From Cetorhinus maximus (taxonomy: Eukaryota): a stretch of 64,000 bases of DNA. Numbering within the stretch: position 1 is the stretch's first letter; each line of letters opens with the position of its first letter. The notes below the pieces were generated by a model, which worked only from the letters and a program-made list of their open reading frames with translations, ran no database searches and had not been told where the DNA came from. Below, in pieces: positions 24,460 through 37,447 of this stretch. Where the stretch lies: assembly GCF_964194155.1 (NCBI RefSeq), contig NC_135909.1, positions 13,144,001 through 13,208,000 of the forward strand, read 5' to 3'. Both the position numbers and the translations under genes were made by a program.

Positions 24460-27400
24460 ATATCACTCACAATGCACAAGACACTGACAGCTCATTAGAT
24501 CCACTCTCACAAAGAAAATGAGTGTTCAGTCCCACACTGTTCCCAAGGTAAGAGACAACTTTTCAATCCCAGATTCAACAGAGCAGACAAAGCTGAATTC
24601 CTTTTCATTCCCATCCAACCCAGCTAACATCAACCACAGGATTTAAAAAATACACGCCCACCAGCAGATGTAAATACACTGAGTCACCTTGGTAACAAAT
24701 TAAATAAAAAAAACCTTAGCTAGAAAAGACAACAACTAACTGACTGTAACATAATGAATAATTTGCAATTAATTGCCTCATAATTTAGACAGGGCTACAT
24801 ATTGCATACCAACCCAAAAAATCTCACCATGATTAAGAAGTTCAAACAGCAGTTCCTTTGCTACAAGCTGCAGGAATTACATACCAGGCTATTTATCCAA
24901 TTGAAGCGGATGTCACCATTCACAATTGTTTGCACAGAGCTACAAATTGAATACCATTTGACAACTCCCACACAGCTACTGAATATAACCTATGGCTATA
25001 AAATATATCAATTCCATTTAATAAATTAAATGTCAAGGTAAACATACATTGATACATTAAGAGCGTGTTAAACAAATAGTTTCCAACATGATACCTGAGG
25101 TGCATGTATAGTCCAGGCACAGAATTGTCAGACACTTACATACAACACCAGAGGCACATAGAAACAGAATGTATCCTACACTTACACTGATAACCAGAGA
25201 ATCACAGAGGTTAAACTAACGCCTCAAAAACCTACTCCCAACAGATTGATGAAAATAAAGGAATTGCAAAACATGTCAGAGAATGACAAATACAGAATGA
25301 TTCTTACATCCACATGCTGTACCAGAGGCTGAATGATCCAGAATGGAGCTATGACTCACATAGAAATAACCGGGACTGAAAAACCATATAATAAATACCA
25401 CAGTCATTTACACTATCTGAAACCGAATGATAGAAGAATAATCCCATGAACAAGTAGTAGTGGAGATTAGAAACTACAGAAAGAATCCCACAATCACATT
25501 AAGTACCAGATACTGACTGGTACAAGTTAACATTGAAATCATGCACTGCACCAGGCACTGAAAAACATAAAGAGAGTAGTACATTCGCATATAATAGTAG
25601 AGACAGAGAGAGCTTGAATAAATCACATACTCACTGTCAGCAAGTTGCTAATGAAAAGGGAGTTAATCCACACTCACATTGGAAGAATGTCCACGCTCAC
25701 ATAATGTACCAGAAACTGAAAAGTACTGAATTGATTCTACTTCATACAGGGTACCAGCAATTGAAATGTAGAGCTCAAACCACAGGCATACACAAAAACA
25801 TAAGAAAAAAGCCTGAAAAACATAGAGTCAATCCAACAGTCACAAAATATTGCCGCAGGTTGGCACAGAAAAAAGCTCACTCAAAGTGTTTGACAGGATC
25901 AGTATCAACTTCAAGCTCACATTTAGTTCCAGATGTTGACAGATTCAGAAGGGATCTCAATCTCACAGAGAGTAACAAGTAGAATCAATTGCACCCTTGC
26001 AAGCAGTAACAGAGACTGAGACTGAGTGATACAGGGAACAAAAACACACATTCACATACTATACAAGATGCCAGAAATATAGAATTAATGCAACACAATC
26101 ACAGTACACAGAATAGTGAAAGCACAGAGGGAAACACACTTTCTCAATTAGTAAGAGAAATGATGATACACAATGTATTCCACACACACAGTATCAGAAA
26201 ATGACATTAATAGAATTAATCCTGCAGTCCCAAACAGCACCACAGACTGACAGGTGCAAAAGAAAAACAACATACAGAGGCAGCACCAGAGACTGATATA
26301 TACAGTATGAATCAGACACTCAAAGACTGATGTTTGCAGAACCAAGGTCAAACTCACGTCCACTTCCAGACACTGGCAGGGGCAGAATTGGCCCCATATT
26401 AACATACAGTAGTGGAGACTGACATAGTCCATGAATCACAAAATCATGTTCTGTTCTGACAGGTGCACAATTCATCTCACACATTCACACTGACCATAGA
26501 CAGCCAAATACACAATTCAAATTTCTTTCATATAAAGCACCCAAATCTGAGACACACACCATTAATCTCATTCTGCACAACAGATTGAGAGTTACAGCCT
26601 GAGTCCTGGATTCTACTTTACCAAGTTGTTGCAGTGTGTCTCATAGATGGTACACACTGTTCACCAGTGGTTGAGGGAGTAAATGCTTAAGCTGGTGAAT
26701 GGTGTGAAAGTCAAATCCACAGCTTTATGGATGTTTTCAAGATTCTTTCATGTTGTTGGAGGTGCACTTATCCAAGCCAGTGCAGAATATTCCATCTCTG
26801 ATCTGAATTGTGATTTTTAGGTCGTGGAAAGGCTTTGGGGGACTAGGAGGTCAATCACTAGCTGCAGACAGGCTCTGACCTGTTTTTGAAGCCACAGTAA
26901 TATTGTAACTGGTTATAAAATGTACCTTGTACACATTTATCATAAACTAACCATCACTGAATGATGATCAGATTGACAGAAAAAAAAGAGCAAACTTACT
27001 TGTCATAGATTAAGATAAAGTATAATTACCCTTACTCACATTCCAATAACTGAGAGGTACATGGTAAGATCCACATTCAAATGTGAGGAACAGGCAGGGA
27101 AAGTAAAAAAACACACTTTCACAAATCAAGTACCAAGTAATATTTACATTTACAGCCACATCCCAGAGTCAGGGAAATAGGGATTAAAATCCACAATCTA
27201 TTATTGGGGCCAAAAACAGGTACAGAATAATACATATTTGTATAGTAAAACTGACAGGTACAGAATCAAATCAGAAACAGGCAGGTACAGAGTGAAACCA
27301 AAAATAAACTGACAGATACAGAATGACACCAAATAAACTTGCCAGAATATACAAGGTATAGAAGAATGATCTTTCTTCCAGACTATAAACTGACTTGTGC

Positions 27401-29000
27401 AGAGTGAAACGTATACTTAAATATCTGTACCTGACAGGTACTCAGCAGAATCCAGATCCACATATTACAGACTAACATGTAAAGTGCAAATCCAAAATAA
27501 CTTATCAGTCTCTGATAGTTTCAACAGTGATCCCAAATCCACATGCCAGAAATTAACTGTTGCAGAGTTAAGTCCCTTCTTCCATGTTAGAAAGTGCCAA
27601 GTACAAAGGAAAACCCACATTCACATATCAGCAATTGATAGATCAAATGCAAAACCTCCAGTTAGTGCAGCAGTAAGTGACAGGGACAGAGTAAATGAAG
27701 CACTCACCTAACAGAAATTGGCAAAAAGTAAATAGTCAATGTGCCTATAGCAAACTAAGTGGTACAGATTATCATTCACAATCATTCATCTGAAAGTGAC
27801 ATGTGCAATAAAACCCAGGTTCTCATAACAGTGTTGAGCAGGCACAGAGTGAAAACCAAGGACACATGACACACCAGAAACGGGAAGGTACAGATCCAAA
27901 CTCACACTCACTTATCAGAAACTCCCTGTTACAAATTAAAGCCAACACAAATGTGACAGAAACTGACAGTGTCAGGGAAAAACACATATTCACATGCCTG
28001 TCATATTCGGTACAGTATTATCCAGCTCTCACATACCAGAAACTGACAGGTACAGAGTACAACCCAGATCTTTCACACACTGACATATACAGAGTAAAAA
28101 CAACACTTGCATTACAGCAAGTAACATATCCAGTGTAAAGCCACAAGACATACCACAGGCTGAGAGCTACAGAGTTTTTAAACATCCTTGATGCCAGAAA
28201 CAGAGGGTTAGGGAATAATATCCTCATATTAACCAAGAAAATGTCTTGTACAGATTAAAATCCATATTAAAATATCAGGAACTGACAGATAGTCCATTGA
28301 TCACTCACCGAGCTTATCCGGTATTCAGCACAGACCATACACTGGCATTTGATTTTCAGTCACGTTAGGAAGTTAAGTGGGAGGGGGATATTTTCTGTAT
28401 CTCTGTGTATTTATTACTGACTAAGTGATGTTTAATGAATATTGATTTCAGTTTGTTAATGTACAAGTCTTATATTGTAAAGCCCTCTTGTGTGATCCTT
28501 TGAGATGGTCACTGGGAATTCAAAGATATTATGAAGGTTATCAACCTCGATGGGGATCAGACCAAAACAACTAACTGAGGCCTTCAGAAACAGTTGTAGA
28601 GACACACTCCAAGTAATAAAATGACAGGGATGGGAAAATGCCACACACTATACCAAAGATTGACATGACAGATTAAAAACCCACTCACATGGCAGATATT
28701 AACATCTGCAGAGAAAAAAACACACAGGCATACCAAAGACTAGAGATGTACAGAGAGAAAAAGAATTATAAAAATATTTTTAAATCATAACAGCGTGTGG
28801 TGAATGAAATGCGGAAGAATATCCCGGGACTGACAGGCACATTGTAAATGCAACACTCACTTGAAAACGGAATAATATAGAGGAAAATAAACAAACATTT
28901 TTTAGAGATAGCAAGTTATGAATTAAATCTCAATATCACTGATCATAGACCGAGAGGTAGAGATTATAATCCTCACTGAAAAAGCACAAACTGATAGTCA
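24460..29000 (+). repeat. Highly degenerate ~40-46-bp minisatellite tract
   Basis: Recurring (G)TACCAGA(G/A)ACTGACAGGTACAGAATGAATCC(C)ACACTCACATA-like units, clearest at 27240-28300; short LINE fragment inside at about 26.6-26.9 kb. Confidence 0.55.
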
Positions 29001-29599
29001 CAGAATGAAAACCACAATAGCGTAGCCTATAGAGAAGTTATTTTTAACAGAATGTTTGGATCCTGTTGTGGACTAGCTCTTGCTTTGTTCCCTAAATATA
29101 ACCAAATAGATTATGTGTTTGACCCCCCTCAGTAACATCATCCCTCTCCAGCATTATAATAGTTTATTTCATCAATGCAATCCCCTCTTCACCCTCCGTG
29201 CTGTTTCTTTTTGGTGAGTGGGCTTTCCTGAATAGTTTTGAGCCAGAAATATTGAATGCTGTTATTGCCGCGATATCAATGTCACATGTGGGACTTGTGG
29301 CTGCTGCTTATCAAACTTATTTCCACCTCACATGCACAGCAAAGGCCGCATGAGCCCCTGTCTGACCTCTAATATTCGGGACTGCTCTGTCCTGCTGATG
29401 GGCGGAAATAAAGAAGAGCAGTTGGTCCTGATGAGGAAGGGAAAATGTATGAACAGCATCAGCAGGATTATCGAGTGATGTGGTATTCCCAGCAGAGAGA
29501 ATGTGCTGGTGCGGCAGAGGGAGTGAAGAAGTCTGGGATTTGGGCGGATGGGGCGGTCAACGGGAAAGGAAGGTTTGACTGCTGAGAGGTTTTGTGGCT

Positions 29600-29750
29600 T
29601 GAAGGACCAATAAATGTGATTGTGTTTTTAAACAAACTAATCAGAAAGATGTACAACATTACGAATTGACCTCATTGTGAAATAGCCAATCGGGAACACG
29701 ACATTCACCCATCCTTCATTAGCATAGGCCTCTGGTTTAGTCTATAAAAG
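29600..29750 (+). promoter_or_regulatory. H2B promoter (CCAAT boxes, octamer-like element, TATA)
   Basis: CCAAT near 29607 and 29686, ATTAGCAT at 29718-29725, TATAAAAG at 29743-29750. Confidence 0.7.
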
Positions 29751-29800
29751 ACGAGTTTCGACCGCGCTTTGAGTTATTCTGTGTGAAGCTGATTGTGATC

Positions 29801-30178
29801 ATGGTTGATGAGAAGAAAGCGCAGGTTTCCAAGAAGGGCGCGAAGAAAGCGCAGAAGAAGTTGCCCGCGAAGGGCGGCAAGAAGAGGAAAAGATCCAGGA
29901 AAGAAAGTTACTCCATCTACATCTACAAAGTGATGAAGCAGGTTCACCCCGACACCGGCATCTCCTCCAAGGCCATGAGCATCATGAACTCGTTCGTGAA
30001 CGATATTTTCGAGCGCATCGCGGGTGAGGCTTCCCGCCTGGCCCATTACAACAAGCGCAGCACCATCAGCTCCCGGGAGATCCAGACCGCCGTGCGCCTG
30101 CTGCTGCCCGGGGAACTGGCTAAGCACGCCGTGTCGGAAGGGACAAAGGCGGTCACCAAGTACACCAGCTCCAAGTAA
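29801..30178 (+). CDS. H2B: Histone H2B, replication-dependent, intact (125 aa from the ATG at 29801)
   Basis: [93 protein letters not shown]. Confidence 0.98.
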   Translation: MVDEKKAQVSKKGAKKAQKKLPAKGGKKRKRSRKESYSIYIYKVMKQVHPDTGISSKAMSIMNSFVNDIFERIAGEASRLAHYNKRSTISSREIQTAVRLLLPGELAKHAVSEGTKAVTKYTSSK

Positions 30179-30215
30179 AACCCCACAACGGACTGAAAAA
30201 CATTAAAAACACAAC

Positions 30216-30231
30216 GGCTCTTTTAAGAGCC
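30216..30231 (+). terminator. Histone 3' stem-loop (H2B)
   Basis: GGCTCTTTTAAGAGCC followed by ACCCA; purine-rich GAAAAAGCT at 30247-30255. Confidence 0.95.
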
Positions 30232-31199
30232 ACCCACAATCTCCTTGAAAAAGCTATATCATCTCTATTTTTTAATTTGTCATTTTCGAATGTGATAAGT
30301 TTCGAACTGTTATTTTAATCAGCCTTCAATACAGATATTCTAGGTAATGTAGCTTTATCGCCTGGTCAATCATTGAGTCTTGTTTATAATTCTCCATTAA
30401 ATAATGACTGGCCGCTGACCCTCTTCGCTTTGTTCTCAGACGGGTTTATATTCGGCCTCTTTCCCTGGCTTTGGAGAGAGAGAGAATAGAACGCAAATGC
30501 ATCCGTTTCCAATTCTGGTCAAGTTTGGTCTCAATAATCGATCAGTTCATTTCCTATCAGCCTCAGATGTGTAGCAAGCTTCAGTCTCAACGCTGGCAAA
30601 TTTACACCAATAATATTCACTTTTGACTCACGAATATCTACACTATACCGTCCGTTTGTAGAACGATGTGGAGAGGCTTTAAGACCGCTAGTTAGCGGAT
30701 TTATAATAGGACCGAAATTAACCGCGAATTGAATTTAAAAGTGAATCTGGAACTTGGGATAAAATGTGAAATAGTCCCATCAGGGACGGATATTTTAAAA
30801 ACTTTGTCGTCAGACCGAGTTAGCTACTAAAGATTTTTTTCTCTTTATGAAATAGATTTCTTGTTTTATAAATATATCGGTGGTCTTTTCGATGTCGAAT
30901 AAAAACTATTGCTTGGATTCTGTAATCTTGGCGCCGTCATTTTCGGCTTGTTTTATATACAGATAAACACAGACTGATAATCAGAAACGGACAGATACCG
31001 ACAAACTAGACTAGGGAAAGAGAGAGCGAGATTAAGTACATCGAACATTCGTATTCTTAATACTCAATTGCCTATTTCCAGTTAGTACGATACTCTCCTT
31101 TATTCGTTGCATTACATTTTGGCGGGCTTTAAGCATTTGAAAAAAAAACAGTTGGAATCGGATAATTTGGCGCCGGTAATTTCCGCCCTCACTCCGTGG

Positions 31200-31320
31200 A
31201 GTCTCTGGATTGGTGAGTTCAGTAGATATCTGATTGGTGATATGAACAACACTATGAGATGTCGCACAAAGTGTCCAATCAGCAATGCCCGCAGCACCAT
31301 TCCTCCCGAAGCTATAAGGG
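31200..31320 (+). promoter_or_regulatory. H2A promoter
   Basis: Two ATTGG and one CCAAT (about 31210, 31233, 31275), TATAAG near 31313, about 60 nt upstream of ATG 31378. Confidence 0.7.
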
Positions 31321-31388
31321 AAGCGAATGTGAGAGGATTTCCTCTTTCACTGTGAAAGTGTTTGTGAGATTGTGGGAATGTCTGGAAG

Positions 31389-31865
31389 CACTCTACGGGC
31401 TGTTCCCAGGGACACACACCGAGACAAACATCAACTGCAGCTGGAGGATCATCAACTCGGTGAAAGACGCGCTTTGGTCTGCCCGAAACTTGTTGGTCTT
31501 CCAGCACAAAGAGTTGTCCCCGACCGATTGTTGCGGACTGGCACAATCCAAAGTCCAGGACTACGTGCTGAGGGACGCACTAAAGCTTGGGGCAGCTGCC
31601 GCAAAGGCGCAATGGGGAAGGGTCGCTGTCTAAGACCTTTCTGCCACAGCGCACCGAGAGACTGGGAACTGTTTAGAGCCCCTCGGGCTGTACAGCTCAA
31701 AATGAAAGGCTGTAAATGATTGTAATATTGTTTGTACTGATGCACCTGGTGATACATTTTGTAAAAGTTTAACCTGGATTGTACCCTTGTAATGGTGTTT
31801 TTGAAATGGTTTGGAATGTGATTGAAGATATTTTATGAATAAAGTATATTTTTGCAAAAAAAAAA
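31389..31865 (+). mobile_element. 5'-truncated Tx1/L1-clade non-LTR retrotransposon, copy 1
   Basis: Encodes LYGLFPGTHTETNINCSWRIINSVKDALWSARNLLVF..QWGRVAV* (W-x-x-RN-x-x-x-F motif typical of the L1/Tx1 ORF2 C-terminus); AATAAA 31838-31843; A10 tail; flanked by GTCTGGAAG. Confidence 0.85.
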
Positions 31866-31874
31866 GTCTGGAAG

Positions 31875-32553
<679 letters not shown>

Positions 32554-32586
32554 TGAAGCGGCAATTCTTTAATCTAATAACCCAAA

Positions 32587-32602
32587 GGCTCTTTTCAGAG
32601 CC
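32587..32602 (+). terminator. Histone 3' stem-loop (H2A)
   Basis: GGCTCTTTTCAGAGCC. Confidence 0.93.
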
Positions 32603-32699
32603 GCTCACAGGATCAGTGAAAGGGTGAACTATTATATGTCCGCTGCATTCCGAAATTGTAAGTGATTGTGCACCACTATATAATAGCGAAGCCGAAACT

Positions 32700-33162
32700 C
32701 TCAGTGGGTTTGAGAAGTACTTAGATAAACACTCGAAACACCAGAGCAGACAGGGATAGGGGCCAAGTGCCGGAGAAAAGGATTAGAATAGATAGGCGCT
32801 TGATGGCCGGCAGGGATAGGATGGGCAGACGGGCCTGTTTCTTTGCTGTATAATGTTACGACCACTCTAGTGCAATAACATCATATAAGGGCAGATGAGA
32901 TGTATCCCAGGCTGCTGTGAGAGGCAAGGGAGGAGATTGCAGGGACCCTGATATTAATTTTCAAATCTTCTCTGACCACAGGAGAGGTGAACGGACTAGT
33001 GGACAGTAAATGGGCACCATTATTCAAGAAGGATTGTAGGGATAAACCGGAGAACTATAGGCCAGTGAATCTAACATCAGTGGCGGGGAAACTTTTGAAA
33101 AAGTTTCTGAAGGACAGAAATAATTTCCACTTGGAGAGGCAAGGATTAATTAAGGATTGCCA
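32700..33162 (+). mobile_element. CR1 LINE fragments (3' end, then RT N-terminal piece)
   Basis: ORF 32987..33307 PLFKKDCRDKPENYRPVNLTSVAGKLL; CR1 3' UTR motif ATGGGCAGACGGGCCTGTTTC. Confidence 0.75.
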
Positions 33163-33559
33163 GTCCGCTACCAACACGAGCGGTCTGATTCTTTGCTGTA
33201 TAACTGTGACCAATGACAACTATCAACTGTATCTGAGTACTGGAGGGTTAATCTTGGACACTCGCTTCGTGTTCACAGTGTTGCCTTATAATGACAATGG
33301 GTATTAACTTCCAAATCGCACCTCACCCTGTGCACGGGATTTACTTATGCAGCATTGTAAATGCCGCAATTCAATGAAAAAAAAAATCCCAGAACTTTTC
33401 GGCAGTTCTAATCTGCGCTACAAATTGTAATCTCGCAATTCTACAAGAGCGATGTCGATAAGACAAAGGAACTGGTGCAAGGGAGAATAAATTGTCATCG
33501 AGCCGACTAAGAGCTGGTGTTTAACAGGAGATCGCAGCTCTTTCATGTGTCGACTTAGT

Positions 33560-33575
33560 GGCTCTTAAAAGAGCC
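33560..33575 (-). terminator. Histone 3' stem-loop (H3)
   Basis: Reverse complement GGCTCTTTTAAGAGCC; downstream element GAAAGAGCT at 33536-33544. Confidence 0.95.
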
Positions 33576-33604
33576 GTTGTTGTACTTGGTGCTGAAGCCG
33601 GGTT

Positions 33605-34084
<480 letters not shown>

Positions 34085-35095
34085 TTAAAACTCTGTGAGG
34101 AACCGCCCCGAACAGTAATTGGCTGCAGCCTTACGCCCAGGCAGTTTTATCCAAAATCTAACCAATGACTTAATCCCTGGCAACTCAGGTCCCCATTGGT
34201 CGAGTGTTTTTAATTGTCCGTTTCAAAAATTCCGCCTTCTTTGCAGCCGTTTCCCGTCTCGACAATAGACTTCGTTCTTCACTTATTGTAAAATTAAAAG
34301 TACCATTTTTCACTCTCACTCACTATTTCCTAACCCCAATGAAATTCCAGTTCATTCAACCTGACCCGGCAATTTTTAAACCCGGCATCATCCTGGTGAA
34401 TCTGCTCCTTTTTGGACAGAAACACCATCCTGTTGTTTGAACTGTGTAAAGTCAGTGCTGAATTTCCCAGGCAAAATTGAAGGACTGTCCATTGCTCCAT
34501 ACAGCACAACCAACCCTAAAAACCCCCGCTCGCTTATAGGGCTGGAATGGGTAATAAAATAGAAACGGTGCTGGGGGCATCAGACCCCTTCCCATTGTCC
34601 TCATTTTGAGCTGTTCGTGCCGATAAAGAGCGGGGAAAGGGAGCGGCTGGAATCTCCCCCTATTCCCGGTCTGAGTCTTGACGAACATCCGTGCGAATAT
34701 TGGGGTTAGGAGCAGGAGGAGGCCACTCAGCCCATCGAGGCTGCTCCGCCATTCAGTGAGATCATGGCTGATCTGATTGTAACCTCAACTCCACTGACGG
34801 ATTAAACGGCTGATGTCAGAGGAACCGCCGGATTACTAATACTCTATTATTAGTAATAATGGAGTCATTACTGTCCGACTCTTAATTCATCTAGAACAAA
34901 ACCTTTCGTAAACATGAAGCAGTGGAGAGACTTTTCAGTGTCAGTGCAGAATGTGCCATCCGGGTAAATAAACAACGAGCAAACTGAGATTCTCAGTACA
35001 TTCCCCGTCAGAACAAATCAGGCACTAACATTCCCGATCACAGCTCATCCCAGCTCCCGTTCCCAGGTCTCTGCTCTCTCTGTGAGGCGGTGGGT

Positions 35096-35111
35096 GGCTC
35101 TGAAAAGAGCC
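35096..35111 (-). terminator. Histone 3' stem-loop (H4 remnant)
   Basis: Reverse complement GGCTCTTTTCAGAGCC followed by ACCCA; purine-rich AGAGAGAGC downstream. Confidence 0.93.
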
Positions 35112-35139
35112 TTTGTTGTGTGTTAGGAAAGAATCGAAA

Positions 35140-35391
35140 TTAACCCCGAATGGATCCCGGATTCCAAAATCGAACCTGGAACTCGGGATAAAATGTGAAA
35201 TATTCCCATTAGGAACGGGATAATTTTAAAGCTTTGTTGTCAGACCGAGTCAAATATTAACGTGACTTTCCATATGAAATCTATTTCTTGTTTTATAAAT
35301 ATATCGGCGGTCTTTTCGATGTTGAATGAAAAAACAGCCGCTTTGCTCCGCCTTTACCCAGTCCTTTGCCTCCTTTCCCTCTGCCAGACAT
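35140..35391 (-). pseudogene. H4: Histone H4 remnant: first 18 codons and last ~4 codons kept, body replaced by spacer DNA
   Basis: 35391-35338 encodes [18 protein letters not shown]; 35151-35140 reads ATTCGGGGTTAA (FGG-stop like, 1 nt short); 35152-35336 is foreign to H4. Confidence 0.9.
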
Positions 35392-35449
35392 GATGATTCT
35401 TCACTCAGATCACCGCTGAATATGAGAGAAGAGCAGCTTCACGTTCCTC

Positions 35450-35510
35450 TTTTATATAGCCCGCCCCGACCTAACTGAGAAAGGAGCAGACAGTGAGAGG
35501 CGGGGCAGTG
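35450..35510 (-). promoter_or_regulatory. H4 promoter
   Basis: TATATAAAA (35458-35450), GC box GGGGCGGG, and TCAGTTAGGTCG resembling the H4-specific TCAnnnnGGTCC element. Confidence 0.7.
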
Positions 35511-36173
35511 AGGAGACTGAGTGACACACAGAACAGAGAAGCGTCTTTGATAATCCAGCTCCGCCCCCTGCCTGCTCGAACCGACATTTTATTTAATTGT
35601 CGACAATGGAAGTTAACACAGCGCTCGGCACAAAACTTATAGATTGGAGCTTCATGTTCAAAGGTGCTAGAAACCCGCAGCTTTTAAATAAAGAGCTTTA
35701 CAAAGAAAATTCAGTACTACTCCCGCCCAAGTACATACACTATACCCCGTCAAATCCGTCTGTTTTCACTTCACTCCCAGCTTCCGTTCTATCCCCACAC
35801 ACCTCCCCTCCAGGCGGGTTGAGCAGTTTACCGACACCTCACTCCAGCTGAACTAGACAAACTCATGTGTTGGGCTGAGTTGTAACGCGGGGTTTCTCCG
35901 CCCGGGTTACTGTCTTACACACTCTCACCCTGAATCTGTGAAAAGGGAACTGAGCAGAAACTGACAGAGCAGATGAACAAATCCCCAGTTACAACGGGGC
36001 ACGGACACCGCTCTGTTTTATTACAGAGTGGGGGAGGGGATGGGTATAGTGCATGTCAGTGAGATACCGGGAAATTTCAATTTAATATAAATCATTTCAG
36101 TGTGAAACCTGCTCCCAGCGCCGGGACAGGGACATTTGATTCGGGGATCAGCTCTTTCCTGAGAGACGTGGGC

Positions 36174-36189
36174 GGCTCTGAGAAGAGCC
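36174..36189 (-). terminator. Histone 3' stem-loop (H1)
   Basis: Reverse complement GGCTCTTCTCAGAGCC; downstream element AGGAAAGAGCTG at 36160-36149. Confidence 0.9.
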
Positions 36190-36223
36190 TTTGTGTTGAG
36201 GTTTACAATTTGCTCGGCTGTTT

Positions 36224-36892
36224 TCATTTCTTTCCTGGCGCTGCTTTCTTAGCCTTTGCTGCTTTCACTTTGGGCTTGGCCTTCGATTTATCCACTTTTT
36301 TTAAAGCCTTTCCTCCCGTCACCTTCTTGGCGGGAGATTTTTTCTTCAGCGCTACTTTCTTCACCGCCTTTTTTGGAGTTGCCGCCTTCTTGCTGCTTGT
36401 TTTCTTGACTGTTGCTTTCTTCGCTGGGGATTTCTTGGCTACTACTTTCCTGGCTGGAGATTTCTTAGCTGCTGGTTTCTTTGTTTTCACCTTCTTGGCC
36501 GCTGGTTTCTTCACTAAAGATTTCTTGGCTGTTGTTTTCTTCTCCTTCTTTCCCATTTTCCCCTGGGATTCCTTCTTAGGGATTTTGAAGGAGCCGGAGG
36601 CGCCCTGTCCCTTTACCTGCACCAGGGAGCCGCTCTCCACCTTCCTCCTGATACTTAGCCTGATCTGGGAGCCGAGCTTCCCCACATCGACACCGCTGCC
36701 AGACAAAGCTTTCTTTATCGCGGCCAGGGACATCCCCTTGCGATCGCCGCAACCCGCCACAATCTTGAGGATCTGTTCGCCTAACTTGGGACCGGCTGCC
36801 TTCGATCGGGAAGCCGCCTTCTTCCTCTTGGGAGATTTGACTTGAGCTGCGGCGGCTGGAGGAGCCGTTTCGGCGGCTGCAGTATCAGTCAT
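36224..36892 (-). CDS. H1: Linker histone H1, intact (222 aa)
   Basis: N-terminal AETAPPAA, globular domain ending LVQVKGQGASGSFKI, K/A/P-rich tail with SPxK motifs. Confidence 0.97.
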   Translation of the reverse strand: MTDTAAAETAPPAAAAQVKSPKRKKAASRSKAAGPKLGEQILKIVAGCGDRKGMSLAAIKKALSGSGVDVGKLGSQIRLSIRRKVESGSLVQVKGQGASGSFKIPKKESQGKMGKKEKKTTAKKSLVKKPAAKKVKTKKPAAKKSPARKVVAKKSPAKKATVKKTSSKKAATPKKAVKKVALKKKSPAKKVTGGKALKKVDKSKAKPKVKAAKAKKAAPGKK

Positions 36893-37036
36893 ATCCGAGA
36901 CTGTGTGGAAAATCTCTCTGACAGTCAGAACTGGATCAGAAATGAAACCAGTGGTGGCGGCTCAGAGCAACTTAAACACAGAGAGCGGACGGGGCAGAGA
37001 CAACCTGCTGTCAGCTCCCGGCTCCTCCAGCCTCTC

Positions 37037-37397
37037 TGTGTTTCTCTCTCCTCATAAACTCCCCAATTCCACTTCAAATTGGACATTTCAGAATGCCACA
37101 CTCGCTTCTTTCTGTTAACAAAATCCGAATGTTTGTTGTCGAGAAAGTTCCATCCGAATTAAATGCAGCAATTTCGATTTAAACCCGTTTCTTTGCTGCT
37201 TTGATCGCGCCCTCTCAGCCGAGCGCTGACTTCTTCTCTGTGTTTCCACTGAAATCTTGAAATTATCGAAAACTTTACCTTAAATTCTCTGTTCTGGGCT
37301 GAGCAGGGGAGCAGCGCGATCCAATTACAGGGAAATCTTGTGATTTTACACAAGAGGGACTTGGAAACCTGGCGCTGAGGCCGGACACACAAACACA
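37037..37397 (-). promoter_or_regulatory. H1-specific AC box and upstream TG box
   Basis: AAACACA on the minus strand at 37043-37037; TGTGTTT on the minus strand at 37397-37391. Confidence 0.55.
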
Positions 37398-37447
37398 GTG
37401 ACATTAGTCTAACCCGCCCGCCCCTTTAACACACTCTCGCTGATACA

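Noticed and set aside
29774-30127. 117-aa minus-strand ORF (and the similar ORFs 33674..34042 and 32026..32412)
   Set aside because: Antisense shadows of the GC-rich histone CDSs
36102-36845. 247-aa plus-strand F/L/A-rich ORF
   Set aside because: Antisense shadow of the lysine-rich H1 CDS
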